Shown piece by piece: positions 22,182-29,760 of a DNA stretch of 64,000 bases; position 1 is the first letter of the stretch, and the number at the start of each line of letters is the position of its first letter. A program made the position numbers and the translations under genes. Origin of the DNA: a virus (Duplodnaviria > Caudoviricetes); IMG/VR virus record IMGVR_UViG_3300033405_000003. The stretch is one strand, 5' to 3'. The notes beneath the pieces were generated by a model. The model worked only from the letters and a program-made list of their open reading frames with translations. It was not told where the DNA came from and searched no databases.

Positions 22182-22823
22182 ATGCGCATCGTGGCGATCT
22201 CGGACACGCACGGCTTCCACAGGTTCGTGGACGTCCCGAACGGTGACGTGCTCGTCCACGCCGGCGACATTACGATGAACGGCGAGATGGAGATCGTGGA
22301 GGACTTCGCCCAGTGGCTCGCGGCGCTCCCGCACGCCCACAAGATCGTCGTGCCTGGCAACCACGACAAGTGCTTCGACATCAGCCAGACGAAGTACGAC
22401 GGAAGATCGATCGCGCTCTTCGACCGGCCGGGGATGCACCTGCTCATGGACGCGGCGCGGGTGCTCGACGTCGGCGAAGAGAGCATCAAGGTTTACGGCG
22501 CGCCGTGGGTCCCGAACCTGCCGGGCTGGGCGTTCTGGGACAGGAACTACGACAAGTTCGAGCACGCGCCGCGCGACGTCGACCTCCTCGTCACGCACGG
22601 GCCGCCGCTCGGCATCCGCGACGACAACATCATGGACACGCACTTCGGCTCGCGGCACATCGCGCGGTACTTGAACCGCTGCCCGATGGTCCGCGCGCAC
22701 GTCTTCGGGCACGTCCACCAGGGCCACAGCATGGGCAAGCGCGGCGAGATCCTCTTCGCGAACGCGTGCACGTGCGACCGGAACTACGACCCGGTGAACC
22801 CGCCGCTCGTCTTCGACCTCTGA
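22182..22823 (+). CDS. calcineurin-like metallophosphoesterase (MPPED-like)
   Basis: ISDTH, HAGD, PGNHD, THGPP, FGHVH. Confidence 0.92.
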   Translation: MRIVAISDTHGFHRFVDVPNGDVLVHAGDITMNGEMEIVEDFAQWLAALPHAHKIVVPGNHDKCFDISQTKYDGRSIALFDRPGMHLLMDAARVLDVGEESIKVYGAPWVPNLPGWAFWDRNYDKFEHAPRDVDLLVTHGPPLGIRDDNIMDTHFGSRHIARYLNRCPMVRAHVFGHVHQGHSMGKRGEILFANACTCDRNYDPVNPPLVFDL

Positions 22824-24191
22824 GATCAGCGCATTTTGCCAGGTGGTCGGACCTGCGCTCTACTCTTCTCATGGGCCCGCAAGGAATCCAGACGCCCCAG
22901 AAAAGTGACGCCGTTCAGTCGATGGCCGTCTTCGCGGCCTTGGGTGCGGGAGCGTTCGGCGCGCTCGGCGCCCTCGCCGGCAGGCCGAAGGTCGGATCAT
23001 GGGCGCTCGCGGGCGCTGCCGCCGGAGCTGCGGCGTCGCTCCTCGCACAGACCGCGGGCAAATCGGAACGCGGCGGAGGGTTCGTTGGCGCGCCGACATG
23101 GTGGTCGATGGCCTCGATCCCGCCCACGTCGCCACCGATCCCCTGGAGCTTCTGGAACCCGTGGCCCATGTGGGCATACCCGTGGCCGCGCCGGCGCTGG
23201 GGACGCGGGCGGTGGCGAAGGAGGTGGTAGTGATGGACGGGTTCATGAGGTTCCTGTCGAGGAACAAAGAGACGATCGCCGTCATCGGCGGCCTCGCGGT
23301 CGCCGCGTGGTGGGTCAAGAAGCACCAGGGTGCGCGCGCCGGCACGGCCGAATGGATCCCGACGTTCCCCGGGGCGCCGAGGGCGCCGAAGCCGCTCACC
23401 GGTTACGATTTCGCGGCGTACTCCCCGATCCAGTTCCGTTGAGGTAAGATCCGATCATGCAGTTCAGTGGCCCGCTCTACTCCCGCCGCGTGCCCGCCCC
23501 GAGCGGCGTCCCCGTCGTCGTCGGCAACCGCGTCGTCTCGAACGCCCCGAGGCGACGCAAGCGCGTCGCCCCCCAGCAGGGGCTCGAGGCGCAGAGGCCG
23601 CACGTCGAGGCTCCTCCTCCCGCGCCCATCCCCACGCCGAAGAACGCGATCGGGGCACCGAAGCCGAAGCCCCCGGCGACGCTCTCCGAGCTGCTCGACG
23701 GCGTCCTCGCGGGAGAGCCGCACCAGACCACCGCGGGCACGGTTGTCCGGAAATAACCGCGCGCTCGTCGATGCCGGGATGACGATGGCGATGCAAGTGC
23801 CGAAGCCCGTGACCCTCATGGCCGTCCCGAAAAGCGATCGGGAGAAGATCCGCCTCCTCATGAGCACGCTCCGCGAGATCGGCGCGAGCGCCCGCTGCGT
23901 TGAGACGCGCATGCTCGCGAGCCGCGTGCTCCGCATGTGCGGCGAGAGGTGAGGCGATGAGCGAGGGGCCCGTCGCCGACGCCGCGGACTGGGTCCGCGA
24001 CCACGCGGCCTCCGGCTGGCGCTCGCGGGCGTGGCTCGACAAGGGCGAGGTCGTCGCCTACGACGACGGGCGCTGGTACGTGAGCCTGAGCGGCCAGGCG
24101 TCGGCGTCCGCCGAGGGCGTCGAGCGCGACGCGGGGCGCGCGAAGCGGCTGGCGCTCCTCGTGTACGAGGCGCTCACGACCTGAGGGCACG

Positions 24192-25064
24192 ATGATCCCG
24201 ATCCCCGTCTTCTACACCCACAAGATGGTCGCGGAGTCGGGCTGCGAGTCGCCGAGCGCGCTCAAGCCCGCCGCGGTCGTCGAGTCCTGGAAGCTCGAGT
24301 TCCCCGTCGAGATCATCCCGCCGTTGCCGGCGACGCTCGAGGAGCTTTGCCTCGCGCACGACCCGGAGTTCGTGAAGAACGTCCTGCTCGGCAAACGCGC
24401 GAACGGGTTCGGCAACAAGTCTCCGGCGGTCGCGGCGTCGCTCCTCTACACGACGGGCTCGATGCTCTCGGCCGCGCGCCACGCGCTCGCGTCGGGCGGC
24501 GCTGCCGCGGCGCCGTGCTCGGGGTTCCACCACGCGGGCTACGCGAGCGCCGAGGGGTTCTGCACGTTCAACGGGCTCATGGTTGCCGCGCTCGCGCTGA
24601 AGAAAGCGGGCAAGGTCGAGCGCGTCGGCATCCTCGACCTCGACTACCACTACGGCAACGGCACCGACAACATCATCCGCAAGCTCGGCTGCGAGAAGTG
24701 GATTTGGCACTTCACCGGCGGCGCCCGCTACACGAGCCCCTCGCAGGTGCCGGAGTTCTTCAGGGACAAGCTGCCGGAGGTCCTCGCGGCGATGACGACG
24801 TGCGACCTCGTCCTCTACCAGGCGGGCGCCGACGCGCACATCGACGACCCGTACGGCGGCTGGCTCACGACCATGCAGCTCCTCGAGCGGGACGCGATCA
24901 TCTTCAGCGCGCTCCGCGACGCCGACGTGCCCGTCGCCTGGAACCTCGCGGGCGGCTACCAGGTGGAGAAGGACGGGAGCATCCCGAAGGTGCTCGAGAT
25001 CCACGACAACACCATGCGCGAGTGCGTAAGCGCGTTCAGCGCGCCCAAGGACGCATCGAAGTGA
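24192..25064 (+). CDS. histone deacetylase family protein
   Basis: GFHHA, GFCTFN, LDLDYHYGNGT, QAGADAHIDDP, AGGY. Confidence 0.93.
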   Translation: MIPIPVFYTHKMVAESGCESPSALKPAAVVESWKLEFPVEIIPPLPATLEELCLAHDPEFVKNVLLGKRANGFGNKSPAVAASLLYTTGSMLSAARHALASGGAAAAPCSGFHHAGYASAEGFCTFNGLMVAALALKKAGKVERVGILDLDYHYGNGTDNIIRKLGCEKWIWHFTGGARYTSPSQVPEFFRDKLPEVLAAMTTCDLVLYQAGADAHIDDPYGGWLTTMQLLERDAIIFSALRDADVPVAWNLAGGYQVEKDGSIPKVLEIHDNTMRECVSAFSAPKDASK

Positions 25065-25436
25065 ACGCGATCGTCTTCGTGATCCTCGCGCTCGGGGCGA
25101 TCGTCGCCGTCGTCTTCGCGGGCTCGGCGCTCCTCTGGTGGCTCGACCGCTCGAGGCCTCCCGAATGACGCGGCGCCTGTGCGAGGCGTGCAGGGATGGC
25201 TCGCGCCCGATCAAGAACAAGGCGCGCTACTGCGCGGCATGCTCGCAGATGCCGTTGCCGTTCTACACACGCTCGGGCGCGCCGAGACCGCCGACGCGGA
25301 GCGAGCTGATCTCGGCCGAAGAAGAAAAATGGCGGACCTGGTCAGGAAGCGGTAAAGTCTCCGTCTGAGACCCCATGATCACGTCCACGAAAGCTCGTCC
25401 TCTCCATACGTGACCTCGAAAGAGGGATCTCCGTAT

Positions 25437-25512
25437 GGTGGATGTAGCCAAGTGGTTAAGGCGCTGCGTTGTGGCCGCAGTATTCGCGAGTTCGATCCTC
25501 GTCATCCACCCC
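25437..25512 (+). tRNA. tRNA-His(GTG)
   Basis: cloverleaf, G-1, ctgcg-tt-GTG-gc-cgcag. Confidence 0.9.
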
Positions 25513-25571
25513 GTCGAAAAAAGTTCTTGCACGTTCCCCGAAACCATGTCCTAGTGACTGAAGACACTCCG

Positions 25572-25760
25572 ATGCACACCTCGATGCCGAAATCGCCCAT
25601 GCAGACCCGGAGGCCGCTGAGCCAATCAGCAGTGCTTTCAGGGTCGTGGTGCATTTTGTGCCCAGTGACAGCGCCCGGAGTCGATAGCCTTGCACGCGTT
25701 TATCCGGCCTCCCCCAGCGAACCGAAGTTCGCGACGCGCAATCAGGAGGCCGGTACCTAG
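25572..25760 (+). CDS. putative 62-aa attenuator leader peptide
   Basis: 40 distinct codons, all 20 aa; stop abuts antiterminator strand. Confidence 0.6.
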   Translation: MHTSMPKSPMQTRRPLSQSAVLSGSWCILCPVTAPGVDSLARVYPASPSEPKFATRNQEAGT

Positions 25761-25832
25761 AGGCGGTTCTTTCACTCGCGCAACAGCGCAGGAAGGGCCG
25801 CCTCGGAGACGAGAGCGGCCCTTCGGCATTTC
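25760..25832 (+). terminator. mutually exclusive antiterminator/terminator hairpins
   Basis: 25760-25773 pairs with 25791-25804; alternatively 25792-25801 pairs with 25815-25824; weak U tract. Confidence 0.65.
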
Positions 25833-25971
25833 AGGGTCCGAAAAATTCGAAGGAGTGCAGATCGCGCACTAGCGATCTGCCCAAGCGGCGACTGCCGATC
25901 ACAGGAGACGTGTGTCCGATGAACGCCATGGCTCGAGAACGATATCAAAGCTCCGAACTCCCATATCGCAT

Positions 25972-26057
25972 GGGGCGTGTTCTGAGCGGTAGTAGCTCTA
26001 GCCGGCTGTAACCCGGTGGCCTTTTGGCAAGTGGTGCAACTCCATCACGCCTCACCA
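25972..26057 (+). tRNA. tRNA-Tyr(GTA), atypical
   Basis: ccgg-ct-GTA-ac-ccgg, V arm, 3' ACCA; T loop TGCAACT. Confidence 0.8.
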
Positions 26058-26121
26058 AGACAAGGACGAAGACGATGAAAACGAAGACCGCGCCCGTGAA
26101 GGCGGGCCCAAAAGAAAGCGA

Positions 26122-26193
26122 GGGACGTTAGCACCAAGGTGGTGCAGCCGCCTTTTAAGCGGCAAGGGCTCGGTCCGATTCCGAGGCGTCCCA
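26122..26193 (+). tRNA. tRNA-Lys(TTT)
   Basis: gccgc-ct-TTT-aa-gcggc. Confidence 0.85.
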
Positions 26194-26212
26194 CTCAGCC
26201 ACGAGGCTGAAC

Positions 26213-26286
26213 GGGTCTGTAGCTCGAGTGGTCGAGCAACCGCCTCTTAAGCGGAAGGTGAGGGATCGTTCCCCTCCAGGCCCACC
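26213..26286 (+). tRNA. tRNA-Lys(CTT)
   Basis: ccgc-ct-CTT-aa-gcgg. Confidence 0.85.
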
Positions 26287-26314
26287 CCGGAAGGTTTTTC
26301 TCAGATTCAGATAT

Positions 26315-26387
26315 TCGGGTCTCGTCTAACGGTAAGACAGCGGTCTCTGGAACCGCGAATGAGGGTTCAACTCCTTCGACCCGAACC
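26315..26387 (+). tRNA. tRNA-Gln(CTG)
   Basis: gcggt-ct-CTG-ga-accgc. Confidence 0.9.
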
Positions 26388-26516
26388 GGCGCTCACTCGA
26401 GCGCTTGGCCCTTGAAAATTTGGAAGGACGTGACGCGCGCAGCCGGCTCTCGGGTGCGCGGGCGGTCTCTCCTGTTCGTCAAGAAACACGGGGAGGGCCA
26501 TGTGGCCCTCCCATAT

Positions 26517-26598
26517 TCCTGGGTGTTCCGAATGGTAAGGTGCCCGGCTGTTAACCGGTGGTCGAAAGACGCTGTAGGTTCGATTCCTACCCCAGGAG
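26517..26598 (+). tRNA. tRNA-Asn(GTT) with long variable arm
   Basis: ccgg-ct-GTT-aa-ccgg; V arm gtc-gaaa-gac; G73. Confidence 0.8.
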
Positions 26599-26607
26599 CT
26601 TGTGTTT

Positions 26608-26679
26608 GCCGACGTGACGAGGCGTCACCGCTCCCTTGTAGCGAGCGAGGCTAGGGTTCGAGATCCCTTCGTCGGCTCC
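26608..26679 (+). tRNA. tRNA-Thr(TGT), degenerate
   Basis: gccgacg/cgtcggc, short D arm, ct-TGT-ag loop with C.C mismatch. Confidence 0.65.
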
Positions 26680-26681
26680 GT

Positions 26682-26756
26682 GCTGGTGTAGCTCCAAGGT
26701 GGAGCACCTGTTTCGTAATCAGGAGGGCTGCGGTCCGATTCCGCTCACCAGCTCCA
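26682..26756 (+). tRNA. tRNA-Thr(CGT)
   Basis: tt-CGT-aa loop, 3' TCCA. Confidence 0.85.
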
Positions 26757-26757
26757 C

Positions 26758-26829
26758 GCGCCCTTCGTCTAGTGGTCTGGATCCTCGACTTTCAATCGAG
26801 AGGTGAGGGATCGTTCCCCTCAGGGCGCA
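26758..26829 (+). tRNA. tRNA-Glu(TTC)
   Basis: ctcga-ct-TTC-aa-tcgag. Confidence 0.85.
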
Positions 26830-26856
26830 CAAATACATATCTACTCAAATACTCAT

Positions 26857-26930
26857 GTCCCTATCGTCTAGATGGCCAAGGACGGTACCCTCTCAAGGTA
26901 CAAACCGGGGTTCGAATCCCCGTGGGGACG
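26857..26930 (+). tRNA. tRNA-Glu(CTC)
   Basis: gtacc-ct-CTC-aa-ggtac, canonical T loop. Confidence 0.9.
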
Positions 26931-26935
26931 CAAAC

Positions 26936-27011
26936 GGGCAGAGAGCTAGTCTAGTGATAGCGCCGGTCTGAAGAGCCGGATAACTCGGTGCGATCCCGAG
27001 TCTGCCCACCA
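26936..27011 (+). tRNA. tRNA-Phe(GAA)
   Basis: ccggt-ct-GAA-ga-gccgg, 3' ACCA. Confidence 0.85.
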
Positions 27012-27012
27012 T

Positions 27013-27084
27013 CAGGGTGTCGCACAATGGTAGTGCCCGAGCTTTGGGTGCTCGTACTTGCCAGTTCGAGTCTGGCCACCCTGA
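27013..27084 (+). tRNA. tRNA-Pro(TGG)
   Basis: cgagc-tt-TGG-gt-gctcg. Confidence 0.88.
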
Positions 27085-27103
27085 CTAGTGACTAGTGAGA
27101 TAT

Positions 27104-27187
27104 GCCACCGTGGCGGAATAGCAGACGCGCTAGCTTGAGGTGCTAGTGTCCTCGTGACGTGAGAGTGCAAGTCTCTCCGGTGGTACC
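27104..27187 (+). tRNA. tRNA-Leu(GAG)
   Basis: ctagc-tt-GAG-gt-gctag, long V arm. Confidence 0.9.
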
Positions 27188-27191
27188 GTTC

Positions 27192-27268
27192 GCAGAGCTA
27201 GGCTAACCGGTAAAGCTAGTGCGTCCTAAAAACGCGCGACTCGGGGTTCGAATCCCCGGCTCTGCACC
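27192..27268 (+). tRNA. tRNA-Leu(TAA), short V loop
   Basis: tgcgt-cc-TAA-aa-acgcg (C33). Confidence 0.8.
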
Positions 27269-27271
27269 CGA

Positions 27272-27348
27272 GTGGACGTAAGTCTAATTGGTAAAGCTAC
27301 CATACTCAAAATATGGTGTTTGTGAGTCCGAGTCTCACCGTCCACACC
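27272..27348 (+). tRNA. tRNA-Leu(CAA), short V loop
   Basis: ccata-ct-CAA-aa-tatgg. Confidence 0.85.
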
Positions 27349-27362
27349 GTCAATAACGCACT

Positions 27363-27435
27363 GTCCTTGTGGCTCAATGGATAAAGCAGCGCTTTCCTAA
27401 AGCGAAGATTGCCCGTTCGAATCGGGCCAAGGACG
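27363..27435 (+). tRNA. tRNA-Arg(CCT)
   Basis: cgct-tt-CCT-aa-agcg, A20. Confidence 0.88.
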
Positions 27436-27458
27436 CGGAGTAGAGAAAGGGAGATCCC

Positions 27459-27653
27459 ATGAAGTTCGCGCACCCGGGCGGGCTCGACGTGGCCTACGTC
27501 GTGGTCGCTCGAGGAGAAGTCCACGCCACCGCCGACACGCTCGACGCGGCTCAGAAGATCGTGGACATGAAGAGGTCCGGCCGCGACGGGAGGAAAGGCG
27601 GCAACCCGACCGCTGGAGCGAAGCTCGAGTGGTCGATCGAGAAGGTTGAATGA
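27459..27653 (+). CDS. small hypothetical protein inside tRNA array
   Basis: AAAGGGAG RBS, high GC3. Confidence 0.6.
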   Translation: MKFAHPGGLDVAYVVVARGEVHATADTLDAAQKIVDMKRSGRDGRKGGNPTAGAKLEWSIEKVE

Positions 27654-27658
27654 TTCAA

Positions 27659-27733
27659 GGCTCGTGATGCGATAAGTATCGCAGCTCCTCTGTCTAAGGA
27701 GTGAAACGGGGGCGGTACCCGTACGAGCCGCCA
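27659..27733 (+). tRNA. tRNA-Asp(GTC), degenerate T loop
   Basis: ctcct-ct-GTC-ta-aggag, 3' GCCA. Confidence 0.75.
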
Positions 27734-27734
27734 T

Positions 27735-27805
27735 AGGAGTCAGGTCACGGTGACCGGCGAGCCTCCAAAACTCGCGTCGAGTGGGTTCGACCCCCACGGC
27801 TCCTG
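27735..27805 (+). tRNA. tRNA-Trp(CCA)
   Basis: ct-CCA-aa loop, short D arm. Confidence 0.8.
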
Positions 27806-27811
27806 CTGATG

Positions 27812-27906
27812 ACCTGTCGGGTCGCTATCGTTTGGTTACCCTGCCTTGTACGCAGGGCGCCCTTCCCGGGCGCCTAACCTCCAAGCGGTGTCCTTCATCC
27901 GACGGT
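27812..27906 (+). ncRNA. Y-RNA-like RNA
   Basis: TGTCGGGTCG...GGTTACC...CTTCATCCGAC, same motif as the four RNAs after Ro60. Confidence 0.75.
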
Positions 27907-27928
27907 TCACATCATGACAGGAGGGATC

Positions 27929-28048
27929 ATGTTCACCACGGCGCGCGACGAGGACGGCACCTTCTACTTGTTCTGGCGCGGCGCGCTGATCTACAAGCGC
28001 TGGCCGAGCGGCGCGTCTCGCGTCTTCTACTCACGCACTCAACTTTGA
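27929..28048 (+). CDS. 39-aa peptide MFTTARDEDGTFYLFWRGALIYKRWPSGASRVFYSRTQL
   Basis: AGGAGG RBS directly after Y-RNA-like gene. Confidence 0.6.
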   Translation: MFTTARDEDGTFYLFWRGALIYKRWPSGASRVFYSRTQL

Positions 28049-28055
28049 TGTCCAC

Positions 28056-28127
28056 GGGCTGATAGCTCAATTGGGAGAGCGCCGGCTTCGCATGTCGGAG
28101 ATCCGGGTTCGAAACCCGGTCGGTCCA
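28056..28127 (+). tRNA. tRNA-Ala(CGC)
   Basis: tt-CGC-at loop, G3.U70. Confidence 0.9.
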
Positions 28128-28142
28128 CTGTCTGAAATTCGA

Positions 28143-28213
28143 GGGGCTGTCGTCTAATGGGAGGACGCCGCGCTGGCAGCGCGGCAATAAGAGTTCAATT
28201 CTCTTCAGCTCCA
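28143..28213 (+). tRNA. tRNA-Ala(GGC)
   Basis: ccgcg-ct-GGC-ag-cgcgg, G3.U70. Confidence 0.9.
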
Positions 28214-28227
28214 CTGCTCACGTATCT

Positions 28228-28303
28228 GGGTCCTTAGCTCCAACTGGGAGAGCGCCTGTTTTGCAAGCAGGAGGTTGTCGGTTCGATCCCGACAGGATCC
28301 ACC
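28228..28303 (+). tRNA. tRNA-Ala(TGC)
   Basis: tt-TGC-aa loop, G3.U70. Confidence 0.9.
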
Positions 28304-28462
28304 GGGTGATCGTCACTCGTAGGACGCATACACGCATAATAACAGGTTCGATTCCTGTATTCCCCGCCCTTATGGGGAATATGCCAATGGTCGGCAGTTA
28401 GCCCTCGAAGCTAATCAAACCAACCCGAAAGGGTTGTGCACCCCAAACTCGACGACCACCCG
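28303..28462 (+). ncRNA. circularly permuted tRNA-Arg(TCG)-like RNA inside a closing stem
   Basis: order T arm, acceptor 3' strand+GCC, linker, acceptor 5' strand, D arm, anticodon arm; outer stem cgggtgatcgtc/gacgaccacccg. Confidence 0.7.
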
Positions 28463-28466
28463 ATTC

Positions 28467-28538
28467 GCTGGCGTAGCTCCAAGGCGGAGCGCCTCATTGG
28501 TATTGAGGAGGGCTGGAGTTCGATTCTCCTCGTCAGCT
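28467..28538 (+). tRNA. tRNA-Thr(GGT)
   Basis: cctca-tt-GGT-at-tgagg. Confidence 0.88.
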
Positions 28539-28540
28539 CT

Positions 28541-28641
28541 GGCGCAGCCGCTCCCAGGAGCTAGGCGGACCTGACCGTGCACGGGCGGGCGAGCTGAAAA
28601 GCACTCTGCGGAGGGTGGGTGAGAGGCCCACGGCGCCGCCA
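28541..28641 (+). ncRNA. unassigned structured tRNA-like RNA ending GCCA
   Basis: ggcgc/gcgcc-G-CCA, T-like arm gtggg-tgagagg-cccac, four internal hairpins. Confidence 0.5.
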
Positions 28642-28645
28642 ACGC

Positions 28646-28719
28646 GCGGGTGAAAGACTGCAGTGGTCGCCAGGCCTTCCAAGCCTTGGAGCGTCGGTGC
28701 GAATCCGACCATCCGCTCC
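28646..28719 (+). tRNA. tRNA-Gly(TCC)
   Basis: aggc-ct-TCC-aa-gcct, U73. Confidence 0.8.
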
Positions 28720-28731
28720 GACGAAGAATTC

Positions 28732-28802
28732 GCGGGTGTAGCTCGAGGGTCGAGCAACGCGTTCCCAACGCGAAGGTGGGGTTTCGATTACCCTCACCCG
28801 CT
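28732..28802 (+). tRNA. tRNA-Gly(CCC)
   Basis: cgcg-tt-CCC-aa-cgcg. Confidence 0.85.
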
Positions 28803-28816
28803 CAAATATCAAATAT

Positions 28817-28891
28817 GCGGATAAGGCCGACTAGTGAGGCACTTCGTTGCCAACGAAGTTCAGACGGGTGCGATCCCCGTTATCCGCTCCA
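28817..28891 (+). tRNA. tRNA-Gly(GCC)
   Basis: cttcg-tt-GCC-aa-cgaag, 3' TCCA. Confidence 0.85.
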
Positions 28892-28892
28892 T

Positions 28893-28964
28893 GAGCCCGT
28901 TCGCTAGCGCGGCAGCCGGTCTGCAAAACCGACTTCGAGGGTGCAATCCCCTCCGGGCTCTCCA
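28893..28964 (+). tRNA. tRNA-Cys(GCA)
   Basis: cggt-ct-GCA-aa-accg, 3' TCCA. Confidence 0.8.
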
Positions 28965-28965
28965 T

Positions 28966-29036
28966 GCTCCCGTTCTGATGGATCAGACAGCGGTTTTCTA
29001 GTCCGCATGCTGCGTGTTCGAATCACGCCGGGAGCA
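28966..29036 (+). tRNA. tRNA-Arg(TCT)
   Basis: gcggt-tt-TCT-ag-tccgc, canonical T loop. Confidence 0.75.
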
Positions 29037-29163
29037 CGAAGTGGGAGTGGCGATGTCACGCGTACGGTCCACACCGGATTGAAACCCTGGTCTTCGTGGT
29101 GACTCACCGAGCGCGCGGCAGGACCAGGGATCGCTAGTCACGGCCCCAGCTCCTTCTTCATTT

Positions 29164-29238
29164 CTCCTCGTGGCCCAATGGACAAGGCACCGGTCTACGG
29201 AACCGTGAGATGCAGGTTCGACCCCTGCCGAGGAGGCC
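29164..29238 (+). tRNA. tRNA-Arg(ACG)
   Basis: cggt-ct-ACG-ga-accg. Confidence 0.9.
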
Positions 29239-29317
29239 GTGGGCCGTGGGGGTAACCAATCCTCCGATCGTGAGAAACGACCCCCTGCACGTCGGGCGGC
29301 GAAGAGGACGTGCACCT

Positions 29318-29390
29318 CCCCTCGTCCATGCGGATCATGGCACGACCCTCCGATGGTCGTTGGCTGCGTTCGAGTCGCAGCGAGGGGGCC
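29318..29390 (+). tRNA. tRNA-Arg(CCG)
   Basis: cgacc-ct-CCG-at-ggtcg. Confidence 0.8.
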
Positions 29391-29459
29391 GCGGCAACTT
29401 GGAGTGCGTCGGCTCTCATAAGGCTGAACGCGACGGTTCGATCCCGTCTGCCGCGACCA
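29390..29459 (+). tRNA. tRNA-Met(CAT), truncated D arm
   Basis: ct-CAT-aa loop, 3' ACCA, D arm reduced to act-tgg-agt. Confidence 0.75.
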
Positions 29460-29479
29460 CGTCAGACCACGTCGACCGC

Positions 29480-29557
29480 GCCAACGTAGCCCAACTTGGT
29501 AGGAGGCACCTGACTCAGGATCAGGGCAGTGTGGGTTCGAATCCCTCCGTTGGTACC
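29480..29557 (+). tRNA. tRNA-Leu(CAG), short V loop
   Basis: cctga-ct-CAG-ga-tcagg. Confidence 0.85.
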
Positions 29558-29582
29558 GATTCTTTCTTTTTGATAATTGTGA

Positions 29583-29653
29583 TGGGGTATGCCGAAGCGG
29601 CAATCGAGCCTTTGAAGCTCGAAACGGCGGAGCGTTACCGTCTACCCCAACCA
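29583..29653 (+). tRNA. tRNA-Gln(TTG), degenerate
   Basis: cgagc-ct-TTG-aa-gctcg, short D arm, T loop AGCGTTA. Confidence 0.75.
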
Positions 29654-29681
29654 GCGCGGACGTGGTACATGTCTGCACCAT

Positions 29682-29757
29682 CAGAGTGTCGTACAATCTG
29701 GTAGTACACGTGCTTCGGGTGCACGTTATCCCGGTTCAAATCCGGGCACTCTGACCA
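29682..29757 (+). tRNA. tRNA-Pro(CGG)
   Basis: cgtgc-tt-CGG-gt-gcacg, 3' ACCA. Confidence 0.9.
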
Positions 29758-29760
29758 CTC

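Noticed and set aside
26388-26516. Hairpin-rich spacer as an extra RNA gene
   Set aside because: Several hairpins but no tRNA, Y RNA or ribozyme motif that I can support.
27192-27268. CTA anticodon reading of cctaaaa
   Set aside because: Stem pairing fixes the 7-nt loop with TAA at 34-36.
28541-28641. 5S rRNA or tmRNA fragment
   Set aside because: Only short word matches; no CCGAAC loop or 5S helices, no G3.U70 alanyl end or tag ORF.
28966-29036. Amber suppressor tRNA (CTA) implying recoding
   Set aside because: Centred loop register gives TCT with Arg-type A20, and TAG acts as a normal stop in several genes.
29041-29150. HDV-like/theta ribozyme
   Set aside because: L3 and J4/2 consensus and position directly at a tRNA 3' end are not matched; kept only as unknown structure.
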